This document shows positions 49,303 through 58,021 of a stretch of DNA of 64,000 bases, one piece after another. Position numbers and translations under genes: made by a program. Position 1 is the stretch's first letter, and each line of letters begins with the position of its first letter. The stretch comes from an uncultured Pseudomonadales bacterium. Lineage in GTDB: Bacteria; Patescibacteriota; Microgenomatia; UBA1400; MFAQ01. The DNA is taken from contig CAYTOI010000003.1 of NCBI GenBank assembly GCA_964439805.1, forward strand, positions 36,844 to 100,843. The letters are read 5' to 3'. The notes beneath the pieces are model-generated. The model worked only from the letters and a program-made list of their open reading frames with translations, made no database searches and was not told where the DNA came from.

Positions 49303-49692
49303 TCAATCGTGGTGCACGCCCAAAAGGTGCAGTAACCCGTGACAAGCCAAAAACTCAATTTCTTCATCAACTAGTCTATTCCACTGCATGGCCTGCCTCT
49401 TTGCCTGTGGGTAGCAAACGACTATATCTCCCAAACTTTCTTCATCCAAGTCTTTTGGCATCTCCATACCTTCTTCTAGGGGAAAGGATAGCACATCAGT
49501 AATTTCATCTCTCTGAAAATACTTCATCTCCAGCTCTCGAATTTTGCGTTCTCCAACAACACTCAAAGAAATATTAAAAACTCCAGTGTCTCTTCCCTGC
49601 TCCAGAAGAACTTTTTCCAAGCCAGCCTTTACCTTCTTACGGTCAAAGCTATAACGACTATCCGAAGAAACGGACAAATTTAGTTTAAACAT
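49303..49692 (-). CDS. ybeY: rRNA maturation endoribonuclease YbeY
   Basis: TDVLSFP, LGDIV, HGLLHLLG.HH. Confidence 0.95.
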   Translation of the reverse strand: MFKLNLSVSSDSRYSFDRKKVKAGLEKVLLEQGRDTGVFNISLSVVGERKIRELEMKYFQRDEITDVLSFPLEEGMEMPKDLDEESLGDIVVCYPQAKRQAMQWNRLVDEEIEFLACHGLLHLLGVHHD

Positions 49693-49695
49693 ATT

Positions 49696-50127
49696 TTATG
49701 AAAATTTCTCGTTGACCAGTTTTTGCACTACTCCCCCATCAGTCTTTCCTTTTAACTTTCCCATCACAGCTCCCATCAGTCTTCCACCTCTAAGTCCTGT
49801 CTCTTCTGCCACTTTAGCAATTTCCACAGACACTTCCTCTTCAGTCATCTGAACAGGCAAATATCCTTCAATTATCTTCAGTTCATTTTTCTCAGACTCC
49901 ACTAGCTCAGGTCTATTAGCATTGGTATATGCCTCTATAGAGTCTTTTCTCTTTTTGGCTTCTTTCGCCAAAACTCGAATAACTTCTGTGTCTGGCAATT
50001 CACCACCCTTAAAGTCTACCTGTGCATACGACAACTCAGACAAAATGAGTTTTAATACTCCAACCAAATAAGAGTTTTTCTCTTTTTGGGCTGTAGTTAA
50101 ATCTGATTTTATCTGAGTGTATAACAT
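49696..50127 (-). CDS. GatB/YqeY domain protein
   Basis: KKRKDSIE.Y....R.EL...E..E.....YLP. Confidence 0.9.
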   Translation of the reverse strand: MLYTQIKSDLTTAQKEKNSYLVGVLKLILSELSYAQVDFKGGELPDTEVIRVLAKEAKKRKDSIEAYTNANRPELVESEKNELKIIEGYLPVQMTEEEVSVEIAKVAEETGLRGGRLMGAVMGKLKGKTDGGVVQKLVNEKFS

Positions 50128-50128
50128 G

Positions 50129-50353
50129 CTATTTGGTGAAACCTGCGTTTCGCTTGTTTCTACGTCTTATTCTGGCTGAAGCTTTACGAAGCTCAGTCAT
50201 CTTAACGCTTTTAATTTTAGAAGGCTTAAGAAATCCAGTCATTCCTACCGTTCTTACACGGTCCAAACCCTGATCTTCATAAGTAAGTTTCTTAAACTCA
50301 CTAATGAGTTGTTGAGTACTTTGTCCTTGTTTTCTTTTTGATACTAATGCCAC
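50129..50353 (-). CDS. rpsU: 30S ribosomal protein S21 (divergent)
   Basis: S...LI..FKK, F.KPS, basic C-terminus; hit-rpsU-yqeY order. Confidence 0.7.
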   Translation of the reverse strand: MALVSKRKQGQSTQQLISEFKKLTYEDQGLDRVRTVGMTGFLKPSKIKSVKMTELRKASARIRRRNKRNAGFTK

Positions 50354-50421
50354 AAAAATGCACCTACCTTCCTATTTTTTATTTAATTAAATAATTCGTA
50401 ATTTTAACAAACCCTCCAAAT

Positions 50422-50453
50422 CTTGAGTTTTTGAGTTCTTGATTCTTTGAGTT
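50422..50453. repeat. Octamer array after HIT stop
   Basis: cttgagtt-tttgagtt-cttgattc-tttgagtt. Confidence 0.85.
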
Positions 50454-50456
50454 CTT

Positions 50457-50819
50457 TTATGTGGTTCCCCCTGGCTCCTTGGCCGATCCTCCCAGAATGT
50501 GCACGTGTTCATGCTCAAAATGGTTGTATCCTGCTCCATTGTTGACCAGTTTGTAGCCCGTCTTGTCCAATCCAAGCTCCGTAACTACAGTAAAAACCGA
50601 CAACATCATTTTACCCCAGAACTCACTCAATGTCACCCCCACATTTGGAGCCTCAATCCAAGCTTTTTTAGCCTCGTGGGATTTGGGAATTACTAGCACA
50701 TGGACCGGTGCTACAGGATATTTGTTCTCAATGCACATAAACTCCTCATTCTCCCAAACAATGACCGCTGGCTCCTCCTTGGCCGCTATTTTGCAAAACA
50801 GACACTTTTCATCTTTCAT
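50457..50819 (-). CDS. HIT family nucleotide-binding protein
   Basis: CLFCKI, P.APVH.LVIP..H, HEHVHILGG. Confidence 0.9.
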   Translation of the reverse strand: MKDEKCLFCKIAAKEEPAVIVWENEEFMCIENKYPVAPVHVLVIPKSHEAKKAWIEAPNVGVTLSEFWGKMMLSVFTVVTELGLDKTGYKLVNNGAGYNHFEHEHVHILGGSAKEPGGTT

Positions 50820-50820
50820 A

Positions 50821-51897
50821 TCAAAATAACTTAATAATGTCACGGACTGTCACCACTGCCATAAGGGTTAGTAGCAGCACCATACCAATTGTGTGAACGT
50901 ACCCCTCAAACTTATTCTTAAGCCTCTTCCCAATAACCATTTCTACAAGCAAAAAGAAAAGTCTTCCACCATCCAAAGCTGGGAAAGGCATAATATTCAA
51001 AACACCTAAGTTGATAGATAGTATGGCCATAAACTGAATTACTGCCAAAAACCCTACGCTATACGCTTGCTTGCTGACGTTATAAATCCCTACTGGCCCA
51101 GCAATGTCTTTTGGTATTCCCTTTCCGGTCACAATTCCCCAAACAAAAGTTCCCAAGCCACTTACAATTTCCTTACCCCAAGCCCAAGCTTCCCCCATAC
51201 CAACCCACATTCCTCGGAAAGGCCTCTCCCAAAGTGGATACATCTTCATTTCCATATTTCCTAGAGCTACTCCCAAAGAACCTTGGCCTACTGGCGGATT
51301 CTGTCTTGGAGTTATTTTTGTTTCTCTCCCCTCCCCTTTTTCATTTTTCAAACTCAATGTAATTTCTTTTCCTTTTAAAGGTTCTAGTTGTTTTATAAAC
51401 CCTTCTACCCCTTCAAATTTAACAATCCCTTTGCCAAAAGAAACTCCCACTATTTGATCTTTTTCCTTTAACCCAGCTATCTCTGCAGGAGACCCACTGG
51501 CAACTTCTACAATAAAAACTTTATCTGTTTTTGTGGGAATTCCTAAATATGTATAGATCGCCCCAAAAGCAAAAACTCCAAGTAAAAAGTTCATAAACAC
51601 CCCAGCCAAGAGTACCAAAGCTCTTTGCAAAATGGGCTTATTAAAAAAAGCTTCAGGAGAATTTGCCTGCACCGAGTCGTCCGGGTCTTCACCATAAAGC
51701 TTTACAAACCCACCCAAAGGAATCCAGTTCAAACTGAACAAAGTTCCCCACCTGGTAAATAACCCTTTTGCTCGTGGTGGCAAACCAATACCAAACTCAT
51801 CAACACGCATTCCAAAAAATTTGGCAACCACATAATGGCCTACCTCATGAATCAATACTAAAAGTGAAAGAATAAGAACAAAAACAACAATTTGCAT
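50821..51897 (-). CDS. rseP: RIP metalloprotease RseP (M50 + PDZ)
   Basis: HEVGH, PLGGFV, PDZ, N..P.PALDGG. Confidence 0.93.
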   Translation of the reverse strand: MQIVVFVLILSLLVLIHEVGHYVVAKFFGMRVDEFGIGLPPRAKGLFTRWGTLFSLNWIPLGGFVKLYGEDPDDSVQANSPEAFFNKPILQRALVLLAGVFMNFLLGVFAFGAIYTYLGIPTKTDKVFIVEVASGSPAEIAGLKEKDQIVGVSFGKGIVKFEGVEGFIKQLEPLKGKEITLSLKNEKGEGRETKITPRQNPPVGQGSLGVALGNMEMKMYPLWERPFRGMWVGMGEAWAWGKEIVSGLGTFVWGIVTGKGIPKDIAGPVGIYNVSKQAYSVGFLAVIQFMAILSINLGVLNIMPFPALDGGRLFFLLVEMVIGKRLKNKFEGYVHTIGMVLLLTLMAVVTVRDIIKLF

Positions 51898-51906
51898 TAT
51901 TCAATT

Positions 51907-51948
51907 CTAAACTATAAACTTCGCACCAACCACTAGGCACTTCGCACT
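51907..51948. repeat. Degenerate period-7 array
   Basis: ctaaact-ataaact-tcgcacc-aaccact-aggcact-tcgcact. Confidence 0.5.
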
Positions 51949-51952
51949 CCAA

Positions 51953-52516
51953 TCAAAACGCCATTATCTCCGCCTCTTTTTTACTAGCCATCTCCTCTAT
52001 TTTTGCAGTGTATTCGTTGGTTACTTTATCTAGCTGCTCCAGAAGAGAAAAGATCTGATCCTCAGAAACAGTCTTAGATTCTTTAAGAGCATCAATTTTT
52101 TCTTTTACATCTTGTCTGGCTTGTCGCAAAATTATTTTTGCCGACTCCATCTTTTGCTTTAATAGTTTTACAAAATCAATTCTTCTTTCTTGAGTAAGTG
52201 AAGGAATAACAATGCGTATAATGTCTCCTGATACTGCCGGCGAAAGTCTCATTTCACTGCTACTAATAGCTTTTTCAATTGCTCCCATTAAACCTTTGTC
52301 GTAAGGCGATACCACTAATAAGTTTGGATCAGGAGCTGAAATACTTGCCAGTTCCAATAGCTTCATCCAACCACCATAAGCGGGAACCATTAAACCCTCC
52401 ACAAGATCTGGCTTGGCTCTGCCCACCCGAACCGTGGCAAAATCTTCCTCTGTGTTTTCCATTACCTTGGCAAAGTTTTGCTTAAGCAAAACAATCAAAT
52501 CTGCATCTGTATTCAT
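51953..52516 (-). CDS. frr: Ribosome recycling factor
   Basis: R.GRA.P, YG, P.D, P.LT.ERR, R..R. Confidence 0.95.
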   Translation of the reverse strand: MNTDADLIVLLKQNFAKVMENTEEDFATVRVGRAKPDLVEGLMVPAYGGWMKLLELASISAPDPNLLVVSPYDKGLMGAIEKAISSSEMRLSPAVSGDIIRIVIPSLTQERRIDFVKLLKQKMESAKIILRQARQDVKEKIDALKESKTVSEDQIFSLLEQLDKVTNEYTAKIEEMASKKEAEIMAF

Positions 52517-52564
52517 ATCCTCAATTTTATCACTACCAACATTTTTATATGATTTAATAAATAT

Positions 52565-52885
52565 ATGCTAACCAAAACTGACTTAGCCCAAATTAAAGAT
52601 CTGCTTAAAGACCTTCCTACCAAAAAAGAAGTTAAAAAAGAAATTGAATCATCAATTATCGATAATAATAAGCGCATGGCTAAAATTTTTGTGACCAAGC
52701 AAGACCTAGAATGCCTTGTTTCCAAAGATGAATACCACAAGGCTGTGGATCAAATACTCACAACTCTGGATGGTATCTACGGAATCGTCAAAAACTTTGA
52801 TCAAGAAAATCTTATTACTTCCCACAAGCTTAGTGATCACGATATAAGAATCTCCAAAATTGAGAAAAGCATCTTCGCCAACTAA
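52565..52885 (+). CDS. Coiled-coil hypothetical protein
   Basis: TK.DL repeats, H..RI..IE ending. Confidence 0.65.
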   Translation: MLTKTDLAQIKDLLKDLPTKKEVKKEIESSIIDNNKRMAKIFVTKQDLECLVSKDEYHKAVDQILTTLDGIYGIVKNFDQENLITSHKLSDHDIRISKIEKSIFAN

Positions 52886-52887
52886 CC

Positions 52888-52950
52888 GTCATTGCACGAA
52901 ACACAGCAGTGCTGATTCCGACTCACTGTCGGGAAACAACCGCAGCAATC
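52888..52950. repeat. REP-like element, copy B
   Basis: Homologous to 3557-3620. Confidence 0.75.
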
Positions 52951-53066
52951 TCATCACAAATAGTTCCTCTTTATAGACACAAATAGCCTCAGCAAATGTC
53001 AAGTTATAGGATAAATGTGGTATAATACCCCAAAGTTCTTTCCAAACCTAAAAACAGGAGATTATC

Positions 53067-53894
53067 ATGAAATTCGTATCCAACTTCTTCCGCCACCTTC
53101 TAAATATTCCCAATGACATCGACTTCTTCTGGTGGCTCAAAGACAAACAGGACACTCCAGCCATGCAAACCATCGGATACCTTGTCTTTTTTGTAGGTAT
53201 TTCCCTGGCTTTTAAAGATATTCGTGCAGGTTTTGCCTTTATGATCGCTACCGGCTTACACGAAGTGGGTCATTTGTATCAGTTTCTCAAATACGGCATA
53301 GATTCTCACTTTCGAGTAATCCTTCCATTTGGGTTCGCCGCTGCACCAAAAACCAAATATGAAAACAAAAGATCCGACTTGCTACACTGGTGGAAAATTG
53401 CAAACATTTTGCAAGCTGGCCCAATTGTAAACACAATTCTCCTTGCCATAGGTGTATTTATGGTCAAGCAAGGATTATTTGTAGAATTTGCAAAATATCT
53501 GGTCTATATGAATGGTGTCCTGTGCATCTTCAACATGCTCCCTTTTGGCATGATGGATGGTGGACAGTTCTTCATAACCATCTTTTCATCAATGAAGAAA
53601 CAATTTGATATTCTGTTAGCATCCGTAGTAAGCATTGCTGTTTTAATTGCAACCATAGAAATAACCATGCCTTACTGGTCACACGGAGGTTGGGGTATTG
53701 CCTATGGATTGTGGCAGGCAAAAGGATGGTGGATATTTGCTTTTCTCTTTGCCATCGGTACAGCCCACAAACAGGGCATGGACAACGATGAATATTGGAA
53801 AAGCGCCCAAGCTATGTCTCCAATCCAAATTTTCATTCAGTTGGCAATATATGCTGTCAATATATCGGCAGCTCTCTGGCTCTTCTCAATTTAA
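53067..53894 (+). CDS. Site-2 protease (M50) family protein without PDZ
   Basis: LHEVGH, AGP, FNMLP...MDGG; own promoter, AGGAG SD and terminator 53898-53927. Confidence 0.8.
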   Translation: MKFVSNFFRHLLNIPNDIDFFWWLKDKQDTPAMQTIGYLVFFVGISLAFKDIRAGFAFMIATGLHEVGHLYQFLKYGIDSHFRVILPFGFAAAPKTKYENKRSDLLHWWKIANILQAGPIVNTILLAIGVFMVKQGLFVEFAKYLVYMNGVLCIFNMLPFGMMDGGQFFITIFSSMKKQFDILLASVVSIAVLIATIEITMPYWSHGGWGIAYGLWQAKGWWIFAFLFAIGTAHKQGMDNDEYWKSAQAMSPIQIFIQLAIYAVNISAALWLFSI

Positions 53895-53933
53895 TACAAA
53901 ACAGCCCCGTAAATCGGGGCTGTTTTTCGTTAT

Positions 53934-53957
53934 TTCGAGTTTTTGATTTATTGAGTT
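53934..53957. repeat. Degenerate octamer array after tsf stop
   Basis: ttcgagtt-tttgattt-attgagtt. Confidence 0.6.
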
Positions 53958-53961
53958 TTTA

Positions 53962-54414
53962 TTATTTCACTCCTAGTTTAAACCTAGCAAATCTCATTAC
54001 TCGGATGTTTTCACCAGTTTTACCAATTAGCTCTTTGACTAATTGTTCCATTGTCTTACTTCCATCTCGGATATAAGCCATAGCCATAAGATCTTCTACT
54101 GTTTCTGGGTTCATAGAACAGATTTGCATAGCAATTTCTTTGCAAAGTTCAGAAAACTCTGGGTTATTGGCCACAAAGTCTGTTTCACAAGCTACTTCTA
54201 CCATGGCAGCAGCCACACCACCATTGTGGGTGTAACAAAAAACTTTGCCACTGTTTACTTCACGGTCAGATTTACTTTCCGCCTTGGCCAAACCCTTGGC
54301 TCTAATAATCTCAATAGCTTTTTGCAAGTCGCCTTTGGTTTCATCCAAAGCATTCTTAGCTGCCATTACTCCAGCACCAGTAATCTCTCTTAATTCCTTG
54401 ATTTTGTCTAACAT
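53962..54414 (-). CDS. tsf: Elongation factor Ts (short form)
   Basis: IKELR..TGAG.M..K.AL, CETDFVA, GENI...RF.RF. Confidence 0.95.
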   Translation of the reverse strand: MLDKIKELREITGAGVMAAKNALDETKGDLQKAIEIIRAKGLAKAESKSDREVNSGKVFCYTHNGGVAAAMVEVACETDFVANNPEFSELCKEIAMQICSMNPETVEDLMAMAYIRDGSKTMEQLVKELIGKTGENIRVMRFARFKLGVK

Positions 54415-54415
54415 G

Positions 54416-55408
54416 TTATTTTGATTTTAAATTTTTTAATCCGGTTTCTAATGCTCTGCCTAGTTCTCCAATAACAATTTCCAAGCCTTTAGCTGAGTCA
54501 TCATTCATAGGAATAACATAATCTACTTTATCAGGGTTTGCGTTAGAGTCTACCAAACCAATTACAGTAACACCTTTACTGTGAGCTTCTTTTACAACCA
54601 ACTTTTCTTTGTGTGTGTCTATTACCACAACCACTTCTGGAGCTTCTTTGAGGGTAGAAATACCACCGACAATTCTCTCAAGTCGAGAAATTTCTTTATC
54701 AAAAAGAATTTGTTCCTTTTTGGTATATTTCTTAAGATTTCCTTCTTCTTTGTCTTTTTTAAGCTTGTTCAATCGATCTATGGTTAGTTTTACTTGTTTC
54801 CAGTTGGTAATCAGTCCACCCATCCAGCGTTGGGTAATAAAAGGTACTCCAAGTCTTCTGGCTTCATCTTCTACCATTTGTTTGGCCTGTCTCTTGGTTC
54901 CTACTATTACAATTCTCTTGCCTGTACTGGCCAAAGTGGAAAGTGTCTTGCAAGCTTCTTCTAAACCTTTTACAGTTTGTTCCAAATCAAAGATGTGAAT
55001 TCCGTTCATAGAACCCCAAAGGTAACCTTTCATTTTTGGATTCCATTTTTTAACTACGTGTCCGTAGTGAGCACCAGCTTCAAAAAGCTCTTCTACGGTT
55101 ACCTTACTTCCTGCAACTCGAGGAGTCTTGACTACTTCTGGAGCTACTTCGACAGCAACTTCTGGGGTTACTTCTGCAACTACATCAGCCACAACTTCTA
55201 CTGGCTCAACAGCCACGACAGCTTCTTTTTTAACTACTTTCTTAGGGGTTTTTGCAACAGCCTTTTCGGCGACTACAGCTTTTTTACTTACACTTTTAAC
55301 TTTTTCTGTCTTGAGTTCTTGAGTTTTTGAGTTCTCGAGTTCTTTAACAGCCTTCTTAACTACTTTTTTGGGAGCTTTTTCCTCCACTGTTTTTGCGGCT
55401 TTAGCCAT
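54416..55408 (-). CDS. rpsB: 30S ribosomal protein S2 with ~100-aa N-terminal extension
   Basis: AGAHYGH...WNPKM, VGTK, RW.GG..TN, DSN..P, P.NDD. Confidence 0.97.
   Translation of the reverse strand: MAKAAKTVEEKAPKKVVKKAVKELENSKTQELKTEKVKSVSKKAVVAEKAVAKTPKKVVKKEAVVAVEPVEVVADVVAEVTPEVAVEVAPEVVKTPRVAGSKVTVEELFEAGAHYGHVVKKWNPKMKGYLWGSMNGIHIFDLEQTVKGLEEACKTLSTLASTGKRIVIVGTKRQAKQMVEDEARRLGVPFITQRWMGGLITNWKQVKLTIDRLNKLKKDKEEGNLKKYTKKEQILFDKEISRLERIVGGISTLKEAPEVVVVIDTHKEKLVVKEAHSKGVTVIGLVDSNANPDKVDYVIPMNDDSAKGLEIVIGELGRALETGLKNLKSK
55310..55341. repeat. Octamer array in frame in S2 extension
   Basis: cttgagtt-cttgagtt-tttgagtt-ctcgagtt = ELENSKTQELK. Confidence 0.9.
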
Positions 55409-55427
55409 ATTTTTTATCTCTTTTTAA

Positions 55428-55462
55428 CTCACTAGACTCTTATTAAGAGATTCGTCTAGGAG
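55428..55462 (-). promoter_or_regulatory. Hairpin in rpsB leader (possible S2 autoregulatory element)
   Basis: ctagac/gtctag with inner tctt/aaga stem just upstream of rpsB. Confidence 0.45.
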
Positions 55463-55525
55463 CAAATTATTAATATTTAACTTCAATATTCTACCACAAA
55501 CCAGCCTCAAGACCCAATTCAATAC

Positions 55526-55554
55526 TTGCAACCTGTAACATAAAGACTTATAAT
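55526..55554 (+). promoter_or_regulatory. sigma70 promoter
   Basis: TTGCAA-N17-TATAAT. Confidence 0.7.
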
Positions 55555-55583
55555 ATCCCAAAATCATAATTCGGAGGAATTAC

Positions 55584-55898
55584 ATGAACAACTTATGTCC
55601 TGAAGGAATGCAGAATTTTTTCATAATCGTCCTTGCCTTAGGCACAACCGGAATGCAACTTGGCTGGCTACTTGGCTACTTTTTGTTCAAAAAAGCACCA
55701 AGTTGGTCAAGATACAGACATGGCCATATCTACCTTTGCGCTATAGGTGGCGGAGGGATTATTACTATTCTGTCGGGAGCTCTTTTTAACACATGCTCAT
55801 CATTTGACTCAATTTCCATCATTACTGTGCTAATACTTGTTGTCGCAGTACCACTTCTCATCTCATATTTCAAAAATGACTGGAACCAAACCGAGTAA
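55584..55898 (+). CDS. 3-TM orphan membrane protein
   Basis: GGAGG SD; own promoter and terminator. Confidence 0.7.
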   Translation: MNNLCPEGMQNFFIIVLALGTTGMQLGWLLGYFLFKKAPSWSRYRHGHIYLCAIGGGGIITILSGALFNTCSSFDSISIITVLILVVAVPLLISYFKNDWNQTE

Positions 55899-55908
55899 AT
55901 CATTACCA

Positions 55909-55940
55909 AGCCTTGCAGCCAAAAGTTGCAAGGCTTTTTT
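55909..55940 (+). terminator. Terminator, 31/32 identical to 56453-56484
   Basis: agccttgcagc-caaaa-gttgcaaggctttttt. Confidence 0.9.
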
Positions 55941-55945
55941 ATGCC

Positions 55946-55974
55946 TTGACTTATAGTTTTTTAAATCTTATAAT
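55946..55974 (+). promoter_or_regulatory. sigma70 promoter
   Basis: TTGACT-N17-TATAAT. Confidence 0.75.
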
Positions 55975-56013
55975 ACGCCAGAAATCCATTCGCTCGTTTA
56001 AAAGGAGTTTTGC

Positions 56014-56406
56014 ATGACCATTATCAATAAAGTTGTGTTTGTAAAACAAATAATTGAAATTCTGAGGAACAACCTGTCTTGTGACTTTGGTGATTACAGC
56101 GATAGACGTGTGTCAAATATCGAGGAGATCTATGATCTCGATATGTTTTCCGCTTTGGAACCACTCAAAGAATTCAAACTTGTGAAATTCTTCATTTTTT
56201 CATTACAAGAAAGGCCTCGCTCCCGCAAGTTATTTACTGTTCATTTGATTTACCCAGCAAATTTCGCGCAATCAAAGCCATCTCAAGTAGAACTTCATTG
56301 TCATGGACTAGACCTTGAAGAAAAGTCCAAAATCATTGATCAACTGCTCACAGAAGCGGGCTTCCATGTCGTTACCTATCTTCAATCCACCGAAGAGTTG
56401 GTATAA
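56014..56406 (+). CDS. Soluble orphan protein
   Basis: AAGGAG SD; bracketed by duplicated terminators. Confidence 0.7.
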   Translation: MTIINKVVFVKQIIEILRNNLSCDFGDYSDRRVSNIEEIYDLDMFSALEPLKEFKLVKFFIFSLQERPRSRKLFTVHLIYPANFAQSKPSQVELHCHGLDLEEKSKIIDQLLTEAGFHVVTYLQSTEELV

Positions 56407-56452
56407 CCCACCCAAAGGATAAGAAAAAACACTGTAGTCTTCTAAAAACCCT

Positions 56453-56485
56453 AGCCTTGCAGCAAAAAGTTGCAAGGCTTTTTTT
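56453..56485 (+). terminator. Terminator (duplicate)
   Basis: agccttgcagc-aaaaa-gttgcaaggcttttttt. Confidence 0.9.
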
Positions 56486-56486
56486 G

Positions 56487-57251
56487 TTAAATCTCTGCCA
56501 AGTTTTCGTACAGACCCACTACTGTCAACGGACCAACACCATTTGGCACTGGAGTAATCAAACTGGCTTTCAAACCTGCCTCTTTTGAAATATCTCCTTT
56601 GGGATAACCTAAATCTATTCCTATATATCCATCTGTCACCATATCTTCGGTAATCAATCCCTCAACTCCAGTAGTACTTATAATTACATCAAACTCTTTC
56701 AGTCTACTGAGATCATCTCCTTTATCAAAACCCTCAAAAGGTAGTCTCAAAACATTAAGTCTCTCCCCTATTCTTTTTCCAACCATTCCATTTGACCCTA
56801 CCAAAGCAATCTTCTGATCATCATCAATATTAAAACTTTCCACAACTCTCTCCACAGCTCTAACTGCAGCAGGTAAAAATTTACTCTGAGGATTCAATCC
56901 ATCCACATCTTTACTTGGTTTTATCATTCCCAAAATCTCCGCCCTACTGACATCTGATATCTGAGATCCGAGATCTAATATTGGCAACTGAATCAATATC
57001 CCGTCCACAGTGACATCTTCATTCATATCAATTAGCATATTTTTCAAGTCTTCCACATCGTGGGCAAAAATAACATGAACCAAAACTCCAAGCCTCTCCC
57101 CCATCTCGGTTTTTAGCTTTACATACTGACTCATCTCAGTTTTGCCATCACATTGAAAAATCACCAAACTTTTACCCAAAAGTTTCTCACTTTCTTCCAA
57201 AAATGTCGCAATCTTTTCTGCCTCTTTTTTTCCATTAAATACAATATTCAT
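56487..57251 (-). CDS. folD: Methylenetetrahydrofolate dehydrogenase/cyclohydrolase (reduced)
   Basis: YV..K, DGILIQLP, KDVDG, TPVPNGVGPLTV; heptamer-derived peptide. Confidence 0.9.
   Translation of the reverse strand: MNIVFNGKKEAEKIATFLEESEKLLGKSLVIFQCDGKTEMSQYVKLKTEMGERLGVLVHVIFAHDVEDLKNMLIDMNEDVTVDGILIQLPILDLGSQISDVSRAEILGMIKPSKDVDGLNPQSKFLPAAVRAVERVVESFNIDDDQKIALVGSNGMVGKRIGERLNVLRLPFEGFDKGDDLSRLKEFDVIISTTGVEGLITEDMVTDGYIGIDLGYPKGDISKEAGLKASLITPVPNGVGPLTVVGLYENLAEI
56947..56974. repeat. Heptamer array in frame in FolD
   Basis: ctgacat-ctgatat-ctgagat-ccgagat = DLGSQISDVS. Confidence 0.85.
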
Positions 57252-57365
57252 CTGACTATTTTAACTCACCATCCATTGCAAATCACCTATAAGCCTATAG
57301 CTAGCATTTATGGCTCTTATTTGCTATAATCACCCAAAATCGAACTTTAATTGGAGGCAAAAACG

Positions 57366-57974
57366 GTGAACGAATTTTTTGAAAGAAATCCAGGGCTAAA
57401 AACGCCAGGAATCGTGCTTGGAATCATAATTACCCTGGTGCTACTTGGCTGGGGAATCAATCGTATTTGGTATTGGAACTTTGACACCGAATCAAGGCCA
57501 GGGAAAGTAGTAAGTGTCTCCTGGCAAATGGATGTCAATGAATACTACTGGAAATCAGTTAGCCACAGTGACTGGCATGAAAGTGTCCCAGACAACGCAC
57601 ATAACGAATGGTGCTATAACAAGTCAAGAACAATATCAGTCACCCGCGAAGATGGTACCAGTGAAAATATTACATACATTGATACCTATTGTGAATACTA
57701 CCTCGACGAGTGGGTTTACCAACAAACCTATCGAAGAACTGGTACGGACAAAAACCCGGTTTATGTTGAATACCCGGAAAATACTTCAACGGTAGAATAT
57801 CGGGAAGTACCCGGTGTATTTACTGTCACTTTCAGCTCAGTGGAGTATGTACGCGGGCAATTTAGCTTCAATTACGACCGACAAACCTGGGATAAATTTC
57901 AAACCGGAATGAGAGTAACAGTCGGGGTTAACAAAAAAGGAAAAGTCCCGTTTCGCCCCGAGCTACCAAGGTAA
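57366..57974 (+). CDS. Membrane-anchored extracytoplasmic protein
   Basis: GGAGG then GTG; one TM, Trp/Tyr-rich domain with two Cys; terminator 57982-58012. Confidence 0.7.
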   Translation: MNEFFERNPGLKTPGIVLGIIITLVLLGWGINRIWYWNFDTESRPGKVVSVSWQMDVNEYYWKSVSHSDWHESVPDNAHNEWCYNKSRTISVTREDGTSENITYIDTYCEYYLDEWVYQQTYRRTGTDKNPVYVEYPENTSTVEYREVPGVFTVTFSSVEYVRGQFSFNYDRQTWDKFQTGMRVTVGVNKKGKVPFRPELPR

Positions 57975-58021
57975 CAACATCAAATCTCCACAATATCCGT
58001 GGAGATTTTTTTATTGAACAT

